From NCBI GenBank assembly GCA_002633005.1, contig NMRA01000104.1, forward strand, positions 966,067 through 999,653: a stretch of 33,587 nt of DNA, read 5' to 3'. The translations under genes were made by a program, and so were the position numbers. Under the pieces are notes generated by a model. It was not told where the DNA came from and did not search any database. It saw only the letters and a program-made list of their open reading frames with translations. The number at the start of each line of letters is the position of its first letter. Position 1 is the stretch's first letter. This DNA is from Phoronis australis (Eukaryota > Animalia > Phoronida). Shown here one piece after another: positions 1-11,865 of the stretch.

Positions 1-2546
1 TGAAGTATTATTGTAATCTTTATTTATGTTAAAGGTTTTACCAGCGTTCTATTTATTTGTACACGAATGTGAATTTGTTGAAATCGCTGATCCAAATCCT
101 GGCCAAATGTGCGCATTCTGCTGAGACCAACCGTCTGATCAGGGCCAGCGAAGAGTAATTTGGTTAATTCGCTCACTAGGCTATGGCTGAACTTCCTCGT
201 AAGGACAAGAGTTTACGAAGAAATTTAGCGAATAATTTTCGTCAAAAAGTTTACCAGATAGTTTTCATCAAAACGGAGAAAACAAAAATAGATTTGTGAA
301 GACAGGATTAAGTAGTAGAGTCTCTTAAAAACATTCAACTTCGAAGTGCCTTGAACAAATGTATAAAGTCTTATTGCTGAAACAACTGCCATTCACGTTG
401 ACTCAAGAAGTAAGGTTTTCTTCCCACTGCCGATTATGGGGTCTTCGGATGGTATGGAAGCTAATTCCTTTGCATTTCGCTTGTGTGGCCGAACAACCGG
501 CCACACAGTAGCCGACCATAATTAGCAGACGACGTACTTGCCGGAAATTGCACCAGATAATTTAGCCAGGTGTCGCCAGTGAATAATGACGTAAGGGCTT
601 GTGCGTAAGGTCACAGATTTCGTCCATTGAAAGTATACGGAGTTGGCGGTCCATGTACTATAGTCTATGATGCGACAGAATGTTTGGAACAATGAGCTAT
701 ATATCTCATTGGTTTGGTAGACATGGAATACTATGGGTCACATGCCAGCTAGCGCCTTCTTACTCTCGCTAATAAGAGACGAAAAAATCAGAGGAAAGAA
801 GCACCTGATTCTGTGGTCATGTATTATAACAAACATAGACAGATCCCTTTGGTGCATTAGGTCATATGGACCTCGGGAGAGTAACAGTTCTCTCCCTCTG
901 TTTATATGTTCTGATTTCCCCTCGGGATCTGCCCATATTTGAATATCACCCCCAGTTCGGCCCATATCTGTATAGTATTTGAACTCTGTGTTTGTTGTTT
1001 CACTGCAAACTACCTTCGGGAGTGCTTTGCATTAACCGCATGTGTATTAAATTCCTAAAGACTAGAAGTGAGCATAAACTTTTAAAGGCTTACCGACAGA
1101 ACCACTGGATTCCTATTGTGTCATCAGATGATGCATGGCCAGACTACTCTAGATAACTGTTGGGTATTCCAAGACGCTGAATGATCAATACCAATACCAA
1201 TTTCAGTAACAACTAGTTCCGGTTTAATTCTCCCACTGTTTATTGAACCAAGTTGTGAACAAGCCGATGTTTAGTATAATACGCGCTGTAATTAATTATT
1301 GCTTTTTAGATAAACTGTGACGCTGCCGCTTACATTTTTAAATGCGGCTGCAGCGTCACTCGGCACACGTAAAATTTCATGACAAAATTGCTATTTTTTA
1401 CAAACTTGATAAAGATTCGAGACACGATTGAGAAACCTGCTACGACTGAAGTGACTACCCATTAACTTAGTTGAATACCACAATTATCATCAAATATTTG
1501 AAATCAGTTTGTGTACATTTATTTTGTAATAAAAGCGCGAAATTGTACACTTGACATTTTGCATGCCGGAATGAACGACAAACAGAATGACACAATGTGA
1601 CTGACTCATTGTGGGGTTTCATAGGGATCACTTTACAAAAAGCATCGTTGGTGAATACCAAGGGGATATTTAGTGAATTCTAGCATTTCTAAATACAACA
1701 ATTCACTTGGCTTCTCTTGGCGTAATCATGTAAGATGTAATGTCTTGAAATTTCCGTATAACGTTGCATTAATGTCATGCAGGACCATGTCGACAAGATT
1801 GTGTATTTAACCAAAATTGTGGATTTTAACGCAGTAAAAGTTCCGACAGAAAACATGCTGTAGAATTTGATTTTTGAATTGGGTCACGTGACAATGTCTT
1901 TCAACTAAAACCTATCAAAAACTAATAAAGGTACATTGGTAGCAAAACAACGGTATCAACAAAATGATCGAAATTTATTTGATTTATATGTTCAAGAGGA
2001 GATCTCAAAAACACTATTAAAATTTTCTACAAACATTTTACCTGTTTTTGTTTGATGTAACGTTAATTTTTTGAGGTAGTGAAACGTTTTAAAAACAATT
2101 CCCAACAGAGAACAATATAAAAAACATTATATCTGAAAATTGCATGGGAATCCGACCGACCATTTTTGAATATACGTTGTTCCTAAGTTGGCCAAAATTG
2201 CACATTTTTCTAGGGTCCTGCATAATCTAAAAGGACGGAAGGGGGTCAATGATCAGAGCCTTTGGTGCGCATATGCTTTAACCAAATTTCGAAGAAGGGT
2301 CACTTTTTTAGGCCTTGGTAAGTTATGTAAATTATGAGTTTAGGGCATTTATAACGTATTTCACTTTATCAGGAAGCCGAAATTTTTGGCAAAAATCACT
2401 CTATGGTATTATATCGTGATTTCGCTTTTTTCAGAGTGATGTTGTTTTGAAGTGTATACTTTGGGTTTGAGAGTACGAAGTACACTGCCTCAGGAGCTTT
2501 TCAAAACCCCTTGTTAACATACACTTACCTAAGTTTATGGTAACTA

Positions 2547-2576
2547 CCACCCCACCCCACCCCACCCCCCCACCCC
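2547..2576 (-). repeat. (GGGGT)n tract, potential G-quadruplex
   Basis: The plus strand reads ccaccccaccccaccccacccccccacccc, giving five runs of four or more G on the minus strand. Confidence 0.75.
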
Positions 2577-2811
2577 TGGTTAAAACATCGCATTTTGCGG
2601 CTGCCTGTGTCATCAGCAATACGTTTCGATTCTATCCGACATTACTTGGCGTTATTGGACTAAAAACGCATTGTCGGATCGCATGCGCTTGTGTTCAGCT
2701 TTAAGGGGTGGGATTATTTCGCTTCAAGCTTGTGACGTACTGAACAGCGCGGTTGCTGGGGTAACTCGTCACGTTCTCACAAATGCGTGCGACTCCGCCT
2801 TCAGTTATACA

Positions 2812-2819
2812 TATATAAG
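2812..2819 (+). promoter_or_regulatory. Candidate TATA box of the GPCR gene
   Basis: TATATAAG ~45 bp upstream of the ATG; CRE-like TGACGT near 2733. Supported by position only. Confidence 0.4.
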
Positions 2820-2857
2820 TTCATCAAGCGTTGAAATTTTCCTTATGCCAAGAAACA

Positions 2858-3844
2858 ATGTCCAATTTAACTAGTTCTAACCGCACACCGTGGTACGCTG
2901 AGGGATCAACACCGGATGTTGTATTATACTTACACATCACTTTCGAAGTTCTCCTCGCCGTCGGCATTAGTGTTGGTAACAGTCTGGTTTGCTTGGCCTG
3001 CATCAAATTCCCAGAAGTACGCACAGAAAATATCAGCATCATGATTTTTGGCCTTGGACTCAGCGATCTGTTGGTAGGACTCTGTCTGCCACTCAATACG
3101 TTCAAGAAACTTGTCGTGCCGCTGCTCTGGGAGTCGCTGCCAATGTCCGCCATTACTAGTGCCTCCGCCTGCATTGGTTTTCTTTATGGTGTCTCCATCC
3201 CAGTCAACGTATCCACTGCCATGCTTGTAGTTGTGAATGTGGACAGGTTTGTTTCCATTAAGTTTCCTCTGCGATACGAAGGTTTAATGACAACCGGCGT
3301 CGCAAAAAAGTTAGTAATCACAGCATTCTCTTATGGCCCGATACTGAGCTTACTTCTTCTATTCACTGTGAACGAGAATTTCGTCGGCGACCGCGACCTG
3401 TGTTTGTTTCAAACAATATTTCAAAGAACTCCAATAAGAGTCACGTATGGCATTTTGGCGATTTACGTTCCAGATGTCATTATTCTTGGTCTTCATTTTT
3501 ATGTGATTGTTCTTGCCTATCGCCAACGAAAAAAAATCTTCAGCGAACTATGTCCACAAGAGATACGACAAAGAGAGCAATACAAACTAACGAAGGCAAT
3601 GCTGAAATTTGTTGCGCTTAAGATTTTAAGCACTTGGCCTCAGTTGATTGCTAAGAACGCCTACCCCCCTCCATCTGTAATTGCCCTTGAGGACTGGAAA
3701 ATATCTTCGCTCCGAGCTTTTTTAACAGATCTTGCAGGACTGAATTCACTGGTTAATCCGTTTTTGTATGTATTGGCTTTACCCGCCTACAAGCAAGCTT
3801 TTCGTAAAATGTTTAACTGTTACAATAGCGTTGGAGGGAACTGA
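2858..3844 (+). CDS. Intronless class A (rhodopsin-like) GPCR, 328 aa, orphan, loosely adenosine-receptor-like
   Basis: ATG at 2858 in ACAATG context; the ORF track starts at a TTG. N-terminal sequons NLT and NRT; seven hydrophobic segments; TM1 GN; TM2 LGLSD; Cys at the top of TM3; DRF (DRY variant) followed by VSIKFPLRY; ECL2 CLFQ; TM7 NSLVNPFLY; helix 8 YKQAFRKM. Confidence 0.93.
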   Translation: MSNLTSSNRTPWYAEGSTPDVVLYLHITFEVLLAVGISVGNSLVCLACIKFPEVRTENISIMIFGLGLSDLLVGLCLPLNTFKKLVVPLLWESLPMSAITSASACIGFLYGVSIPVNVSTAMLVVVNVDRFVSIKFPLRYEGLMTTGVAKKLVITAFSYGPILSLLLLFTVNENFVGDRDLCLFQTIFQRTPIRVTYGILAIYVPDVIILGLHFYVIVLAYRQRKKIFSELCPQEIRQREQYKLTKAMLKFVALKILSTWPQLIAKNAYPPPSVIALEDWKISSLRAFLTDLAGLNSLVNPFLYVLALPAYKQAFRKMFNCYNSVGGN

Positions 3845-4213
3845 ACGTTTTCATTGACGTCATGCATGTACTTATGATCGAACACATGGAAAAGTCGACA
3901 GAGTTTCCTTTTGCGCATGCCCTGTGCCAAGGTAGCGCTTTGCGGTTGGTGGGGAGCTGTGAACACAAAGCATTTCATAAGCCTCTATCTGAAAAGGAAT
4001 TTCTCATTATTGGGTCAAAATGACCCATGGGAGTATTTTTGTGATAGGATCTCTGCAAGAGATTCGTGCTTAAATGCTCGGCCTGAACTATTTGCATAGA
4101 CGTTATGCCAGTGATGAAACCTCAAACTGAGAGCAAGTTTCATACATGGGTCCGTCCCATACATTACGATGCTCGTTTAAGCGTTTCTTTCAGCACGATT
4201 TCACCTCGGAATA

Positions 4214-4381
4214 TTTTCCATTAGCCGAAGGTGTCGTCAAAGGGATCCCGTTTTACCACATTTATTTGTTTATTTTTACGCGGACATAATGTCTATAATG
4301 CTTAACAACGACAGTAATGTTAAAGGTTTTATAAACGGTGACAAAGAACTCAAAATTCCGCAATATGCAGGCGACACAGTC
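4214..4381 (+). pseudogene. Non-LTR retrotransposon (L1/Tx1-like) reverse transcriptase fragment
   Basis: Translates as FSISRRCRQRDPVLPHLFVYFYADIMSIMLNNDSNVKGFINGDKELKIPQYAGDTV. This matches the L1/Tx1 RT pattern RGCRQGDPLSPYLF...IKGI...KISQYADDT, with YADD mutated to YAGD. Confidence 0.85.
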
Positions 4382-4935
4382 TAGACGTTAGACACCCGTT
4401 CCCTACGCAATTACTCGCTTCAACCAAAAAACAATTGTGGACAGTTACGCTCTAAAAGCGGGGTGTCCAGCACGTACTGCTAAGGTTCCAGCACGTACAG
4501 TTACTTGCTTCAACCACACGCGTTACTACCTCGCAGTTAAAGTGAACTCCAGGTGTGTAGTATGCGATCTCGCGAGATAAGCGAGAACGTCATTGGGCGG
4601 ACATTTTTTAAAATCAGAAGAAATAAGGAATTTGGCTTCCACATTCTGAGAGACAATGAGCGATGTGAGTATATTTTTAAAGCAGTGCACTTATTGAATT
4701 TTCCGTAGTAGTAAGTTAATGTTTCGCACGATGTATTTTATTAAAAGTGGTAATCCAGTAGTTGGTAATTGACAACTGCCAACACAGCCATTCAGTCATT
4801 TCAGTGTCAGCCTCAACCAAGCCTCAAAAGTCAATCGGTGTCGAGTCTCGACCGACGGCTACCTACGTTTTACTGTAGTTGTAGGCGTTCTTCCAATAAA
4901 TCATTTGAGCCTCTGCTACTCATCTAATGGACAAT

Positions 4936-5114
4936 TGACCTATCGCAAGCTCCGCCCCTTTACGTAATGTCGACTAACACACAATGAGTTTTACCCGGCA
5001 ACATGTTGTTTGTCGGGTAATATGGCGGCTTGGAAGCGCAGAAGAAGGTGTGTCAAGGATGATGAGTTCTAAATGGTCAGTTAAGCTGCCACTCAAAATC
5101 CTGGCGATAGGTCA
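4936..5114 (-). mobile_element. 179-bp non-autonomous DNA transposon (MITE), ISL2EU-like, AT target duplication
   Basis: Termini TGACCTATCGC and GCGATAGGTCA, flanked by AT at 4934-4935 and 5115-5116. Both ends are homologous to the ends of the adjacent 5117-6704 element, in inverted orientation. Confidence 0.8.
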
Positions 5115-5116
5115 AT

Positions 5117-6704
5117 TTACCTATCGCCAGGATTATGACTGACGGCTTATCTGACCAATCAGAATGCAGCATTCTTGACACACCTTCTTCTGCGCTTCCA
5201 AGCCGCCATATTACCCGACAAAGAACATGTTATCGTGTAATACTTATTTTAGTCTATAGCACAAGAAATTGTGCGCTAAGAATGGTGAAACGGTGTTGAT
5301 ATGTCGTGTGTACTTCCGACAGACGTTATGCTGCTCCAGAATAACAACCCGTCATTTTTGGGCATCACCTAAACCGAAAAGTGATGTCGACCACACGAGC
5401 AGCTGAACTTGGCAATGTTGCATGATTACTTGAAGGATGTAATAAACACAAATGTTACAAGACACGCACTCATCAGTTTGGTGGCCTATCTCAGATTTTG
5501 CATCCTGAGTTTCACACTTCTGATCGCCTAAGTTTGTATCGCCACCTGCTAGATCTCAGCACTAGTCTAGCGGTAGTCTCAGAAATTGTTGTTTTCAAGG
5601 GCAATTTTATTATTTTTCATTTATTTCGACCTAATGAACATAGTTTGGTTTCGTAGCACAGGTAGTCGTTCGCGTTCAACTGAACTCCTCCCAAAATTGA
5701 AAGATTCGATCGGCAGGGAGGGGCACTGGATTACTAAATTCAAAGCCTTGTTCGAGTTGTTGTCACGAAAACATAAACAGTTGAATTACGTTTTGATGAG
5801 AGCCTCTAGTATAAAAGTCGCCTGTAGAGTTAGAGAGAGCTCTTTTTCAATTTGTTTTTAAAAAAATTGAAAGCATGATATTTAGATTTATGAAGCTTTC
5901 AAAAAGAATTTGAGGTATTTTTGTAAATAGCCATTTTTGCCACTACACCAGACTTGTCATCATTTGTAACCATACCACAGCTTAGTGATCATCTGAAAGC
6001 TACCTTTATGCAATGAAACTAAAAATATGTGAAGTTTACCAGAAGGTAGGCCTAACCTAAATGTCTTATAATGATGCTATTAAGGCCAATTCCATGCATT
6101 AATTTGACTTGGACACAACCATTGACCTACCGGATCTAACTGTTTGCCTAGGACGAGATGAGTGTGTACCTGAGCTATGGGAACTTGAGTTTTTTAATTC
6201 AACTATTTCGTTTTAAGATTAGAAAAGCGTAAACAGTGCTATTGATCTACTTTACTCCGGGAGTCCCACCAGTTGTGACCTACTTTTCACTGGCGAACTT
6301 TAGCAGACGACAGAATAAAAATCTATGATATCGTACAAATAATTCGATTTTAAGTTAATATATACCCAGCTTTACATGAGCATATCGCATCAGAGGCCAG
6401 CTTGTCATTTGTCAGGTGAATGTGAACCCCGTGGGGTTCTTCGGATTTTCACTGTCTCGGAAATATTTTCCTCAAACACTTATTTTTTCATCGTCACCTT
6501 TACAAATTACCATAGCATGAAAGTATTATTCTCTGCTGAAAAGCATCGCCTGTTGTCTTTGTCGAAGCGTTTTCGGATAGTACCAAAACCTTCACCGATT
6601 CCACCAGGAACGTCGTTTGGCGGCAGTGTATTTGCCTCTGAGATTTTGCTGTTTGTTGGGTGTCACGTGACCTTTCGCAAAGAGGCGGAGCTTGCGATAG
6701 GTCA
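5117..6704 (+). mobile_element. 1588-bp internally deleted ISL2EU-like DNA transposon
   Basis: Termini TTACCTATCGC and GCGATAGGTCA, flanked by AT at 5115-5116 and 6705-6706. Carries a decayed THAP-domain start at 5282. Confidence 0.78.
5282..5480 (+). pseudogene. Degenerate THAP zinc-finger N-terminus of a transposase
   Basis: Reads MVKRC*YVVCTSDRRY, then after frameshifts SPKPK and RPHEQLN, resembling THAP starts of the MxKRC-xxxx-C-xSDxRY...FPKPK type. Contains stops and frameshifts; the end is approximate. Confidence 0.6.
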
Positions 6705-6795
6705 ATTGCCAATAAGCCAAATCCCGAAATAGTTATCAATTGTTATCAAAATACGTCGTCGGGCTTATTATTGCCTTATTATTGCTATTTTCCAG

Positions 6796-6960
6796 GGTGA
6801 AAATCTTCGACAGGTGGTCACAAATTTCCAAAAGACCTAAGGTTACTATAGGCGTGGAGAATTACGGTCAAAAGGGTCATTTGCTAATATTTCTCTGACT
6901 ATTCTGTTACAGGTGAGAGAAAACGACTGAAACCAGCCGCCTTACCGTCTATTTCATCTT
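6796..6960 (+). pseudogene. Second, spliced THAP-domain remnant belonging to an older element
   Basis: Acceptor ttttccag at 6795 followed by GGHKFPKDLRLL*AWRITVKR (conserved FP and W). Acceptor gttacag at 6912 followed by ERKRLKPAALPSI (THAP AVPTIF box). The CxxHF segment was not found. Confidence 0.75.
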
Positions 6961-7699
6961 TCGAAAAAGCGAAGAGCAATCCTTCAGCACTAACCTGAGA
7001 GAATTGAACCTCTCACTTCAGAAAGTCACCCCTTTTGCATTGGGAAAATTACAATTATTTTTAACAAGTAATGTTGTTCCTTTGTATGTATGTGGTTGTT
7101 CAGTTTGCCATTTTGTTTTTAAATACACTGATTATTGTTTATTCTCAAATCTTGTGCATAGCAGATTCTTATCCGGCTAGCAACGATTGAAAGCATACTT
7201 TGCTTGCAAGTGGAACTTTTGTTATAGACAAGTTAACACAAAACTTAAAACTGTTCAAAGGCCTTCTTAAGAAAGCTCTAAAAATATGTTCACACATAAA
7301 CAACTCAAATGCAAACAAAGGGAATACTTCGTTTTGATCGCTGGACATTTCTGTAGGTCAACAGGAAAAATGACAATTCGCAAACGTAATCGGTAATCAC
7401 TTCATTCTTTATAAAGAAGCAGCACGGCCGCACTGTATGGGGCTTTAAAACTGAAGAAATATTGTGGTTTGAATAATTAGTGACAAACGTGCCTGTTGAT
7501 GAAAAATTTATTCGATCATCAAAGTGTAACATTAACGGGCTTTGTACTGACAATAAAACAATCGATGCAGTCACTGAATGTCATTGAAGAGTTTTTACCA
7601 TTAGTATAAAGCCTTTCTTCTGAAAGGAAAAGTTAATGTCACTCAGTGAGAAAAGACAGGGTATTAATAACAGATGCTTTTGGTTTTCATTTCACTGGG

Positions 7700-9766
7700 A
7701 TTGAGTTTCAATGGCCTATACATGTAGAAGCGCTCGTAAAAACGTCCAGTTTCGGCACGTGGCTTTCCTTCATGTAACCCCATTCAGCCTGAGTAACGTA
7801 CAAAATTAGATCCTTGAAGGTAAACACAACATTGTATCACTTGACTCTCTTTGTACCCAAAATTTGACCCTGAACTACACCAGAGTGTTACTAGGTCTTC
7901 TTTAGCTTCAGTCCCTCAGGTTTCTTCCATGAAAGGAAATAAGGCATTGTTGTCCACAAATGACTCATTGCCTATAAAAGGGCATCCTCACAAACGAGGT
8001 TAGCTGGTGTAGCAGTCAGATATAGTTCCTCTTCAACACAAACAATCCACTGGCACATTTTCATATGGTAACTTAGTGCTGCTATTCACATTTCTCCAGG
8101 GCCACTGGCTTGTACATTGTGCCATGCATCACTGCTGCTGTATGGACGACATGCTGCAGGAAGAGAAGGGAGTAACAAAACTTGTCTATGTTGCTGCTTG
8201 GAGTGACCTTAAAAACGTCACTGAACCTGGAACAAATACTGAAACATAAAAAATGTAGCCCTTGTTTTTCAAAAATATGGTGAACTGCTTTACAATTTGT
8301 CACAAAATTAAATAATTACTATTTCCGGAAAGCAAGCGTCTATATAATATAATATAATAAGTATTGATTTGTATAGAACTGCGTCTTTATTTTTCATTCC
8401 TAGCCATAACAATTTTTAAACTTTTTGTCTGCAAAATATGCAAGTTATTTGGGACAACTTCAAACCTTTGTTACCCATTTTCAAGTCTTTTGATTTTTGA
8501 TACTTTCATCAATTTTAAACACGATTACAGATTCATGGGTCTGTCAAGCACACTTTTGGTCTAAGGCTGAGGGAGCCGTTTCTCAGATTTTTATTTTTCT
8601 TCCAAGATTTGAAGACTTAGGTCATTTCAAAATGATGGAAAATCTTTCTGTTGTTTAAGAGTAATTAAAAATCCTAAGGCACCACTGTTTGCGTATTGGC
8701 AGTAAGCATAATACGTTCAAATGTGTCACTCGTATGTTCACAGCAAAAATTTTTACAAAAAATGGCTGTCATGTGAATTTATAAACGAATTGCAACATTT
8801 CAAGGCATGAGTTAAGACTTTTCAGTCATAGAGAAATCTGAAAATGTTTTACATTTTTATGGGTTTAAATGGATAGCAAAACCATTTCATGAAAATTGAA
8901 AGAACTTCATGAAGGTTAAGAATTACCTCAGTGTGCTCTTTTCTCCGGACACTATTACCTGTTATTTCCACACATTCAGTTCCACCAAATTTTACAACCC
9001 CAACCCCCTATGCCAACCTTCCCCTGAGGACCTGAATAAGTAAGTTGACAAAACAACTTGCATACCTTTCTTTAAAAATAGCTGTCTCTTTTCAAAGGCT
9101 TTGTTCTTTGTCTCCGATACAGAAAGTAGGCTTTGACAACAGATCTGCACTGGATAGGAAAATTTCGCTGGCTAGCTGCAGTCAACTGCTTAAAATCAAT
9201 TTCTGTCCATTCAGGGACGGTTGCAGAAGTGATGCATATCTCCTTTGCACGTCACTAGCCCTCAAGCCTAAAAATCAAAGGTCAGGTGAAAACAGACCTG
9301 ATAGATTTCCATGTCAACGTGTAATAGATTTCCGGACGACAAAGAATATGGAGTAAACAAATAGTCTAATGGATATTTGTCATGTACCCTTTGGGCTCGG
9401 ATTGTAGTCTTACCTCACTAACTACTGTCGAGTTGATCACATAAACCTTCAGCATTGATTGATGTAACTGTCACCGATAAACCTGTTAAAAATCATTCCA
9501 AACATTAATAATGCTGCTTTGATGTACGAAAACATCCCGAGTGCTACGTCAAGTATCGTAACACACATCACAACAGACACTGATTAACCTGACTGTCGAC
9601 TGCCGCGTAGTCGACATCGGCCAGTACCTCAGTTAACAGGCATCAGTATTGTAAACATGGAATAATCGTTAAAATAATCACAAACCTTACCTTTCTATAA
9701 GATCATGAAGCACCCTTTTCACGCAATCTCAGATTCAGTTGGCACGGCTGAAAGCCATTTTACCAT
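7700..9766 (-). pseudogene. Multi-exon SAP-like plus YqaJ (lambda-exonuclease family) pseudogene, second ORF of an ISL2EU-type transposon
   Basis: Last exon from acceptor 8239 downward: ICSRFSDVFK...TAAVMHGTMYKPVAL...SGLFV...LYLTATPANLV (YLxASPDGLV motif)...LKLKKT**HSGVVQGQILGTKR...VVFTFKDL...PKLDVF. Upstream GT-AG-bounded exons at 9066-9267, 9414-9482 and 9691-9766; the last gives QLNLRLREKGAS/HDLIER (SAP-like). Many stops and frameshifts. Confidence 0.8.
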
Positions 9767-11865
9767 GTTTTAAAGGGCTCGCGAAATCGAGGCTGCTTAA
9801 TCTATCACCACTAGTACAAGCGCGCCCTCTAGTAATGTAAAGATTGCCGAATTGCCCAATTGTGTTTAGTGTAATGAAGCTTTAAAGTTAGGACGGTGGA
9901 ATGTTAGTACGGTTTAGTGAGAAAGGTGATTTGGTACGTTAGGTTATCACGCTGATCTAAAATATGTTCCGACCTTAAACTAGTCCGGACTAACTTTAAT
10001 GCGAAAGCAGCTTATGACGGCGCCATCAAGCCTTTGATGTGCCGAGAACTTCGTTGGAGACTGTAGGGTGAAAATGCGCGTATTCTCGTCCACTTGCATG
10101 CAAGTAGTGTTAGCGTACGAGTTGCCTGATATAATATTTGCGCTCGGTACTCAGTATTTTGGGACGAAGTTAACGCAATTAAGCAACGTTTGCTAGTAAA
10201 GACAAGATTTTCCTGAAACAGTTGTCTTAAAACTGGATATCTCCGAGGCTCGGGTGCGAAATATTGTTCAAGATTTTCGTTTTACCAGCATGGTTCCAGT
10301 ATTCGATTATTTTTTGGTGTGCGACCACTGGTACAGGTTATGTCATGAGTGATGTTAACATGGCCGGTTTACCTTCATGGCGTGCTGGCTTTGGGAAATT
10401 TTTACAAAGTAAACCGAAAAGCAGATATTTGCCCTGATGAAGTTACCCTATTATATTTTTTAGGGATGATGCATACTCAGTAAAACCGTGTCATACACCA
10501 TCCGTGAAAGTTTCACCCAGCAACGGTGGCGATGGCGGCGGCATGCTAGTGCAGTCGGACACCAGGTGGTATTTGCGTCTGTATGGAAAAAATACACACC
10601 GTCTTGGAAACTAACGGGCATTAAGAAGCAAATAACACGTATCACAGTCACCCAGAACTATCACTGTTTGGGAGGTTACAGAGCTCAAAATTGCGAATTA
10701 ACAAAGTTAGTTACGTTTTGAGATGGAATCATTCTCTTTAAGCTTGCCATGTGATGACGCGGTAACTAAGAAGGTCATTTCAAGACATCAAGTAAGCACA
10801 ACTCTCATTGGTTATGTCAGGCTAATGTGCTTTACACTAACCAATCAAAAGGAGGGTCACATACAGAGTACAACTTCAGGGAAGCCACTATTATTGATGT
10901 GGTCATTTCTTTCAGTTGGTCATTATTTAAATTGGTAAGCCAAATTACATCCGAATTCTGTTAAAATGCCTGTTATAAATCAACTACATAGAGCGGTGTC
11001 TATATTTATTCAAAATTATCGAGTCTGACAAAGACCTAGACTAAGGCAGTCTCTGACTGTTACAGGACTCAGTAGGAATCGCACGGGGATTTGTTAGTAA
11101 ACTTGTGCTTTTTGATTTCACAGAATTCACAGGTTGTATTTAGTCTCATGAATCGTTTGTACCTCAAATAATCCGCATCTGTTACCATGCTAATAATCTG
11201 TTGATGACATCTCTGTTCTCGCTAGTGATGTATCTATTTGGCCGTATATCCGACGACGCTGAAAAGAGTGCTTGTGCTTTCAAAACACTAAAAGTTAGAA
11301 TTGGCCGAGGAAACAATACGCATCTTCTGAAGATTCAACTAAAAGGTTGCCTTCTGTATCAGTGCCAAAGAACTAAAATGAAGACTACTGCAAAATTTCC
11401 CCGTGCATTCGAAATAATGTATTTATTTTTGGAGGATACTGAAAAACGCAATGATCTGAAATATAAGGCTTTAAGACTGACTGTATTCGATTTTAAAACC
11501 ATAGCATTTCTTTGGACATAAGGCCAGTCGATATTTTTCTTGTGTTCTCTTTCAGTTTGCCATGATCTGCGCTATCACAACAAATAAAGTTGTCAGAAGT
11601 TGACTGTGGGTTTAGTTTTAAAGATAGCTATGCTTTGCGATTGTGCGTGGATGGAGAGAGAATTATTAAATCCTGTGTGAATTTTGTACACTAACAATGA
11701 AGAAGAGTAACTACCCTAGCACCGTCTGTAAGGATAATTTCAATCAATTAACCATTAACAATCAAACATCTAATCTGCTATCTAATCTGTAGGACTCGAC
11801 ACTCATTGGATGACAGTCCTGTTGGTTAGTCCTCGTACTAACACATACTGTACCGCGAGAGTGTA

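Noticed and set aside
5564-5954. Possible MITE nested in the 1588-bp element (agtctagcggtagt ... actacaccagact)
   Set aside because: The TIR match is too weak and there is no clear TSD.
7700-8240. YqaJ as evidence of a phage or viral insertion
   Set aside because: Spliceosomal intron signals and a convergent THAP remnant fit a eukaryotic DNA transposon better.
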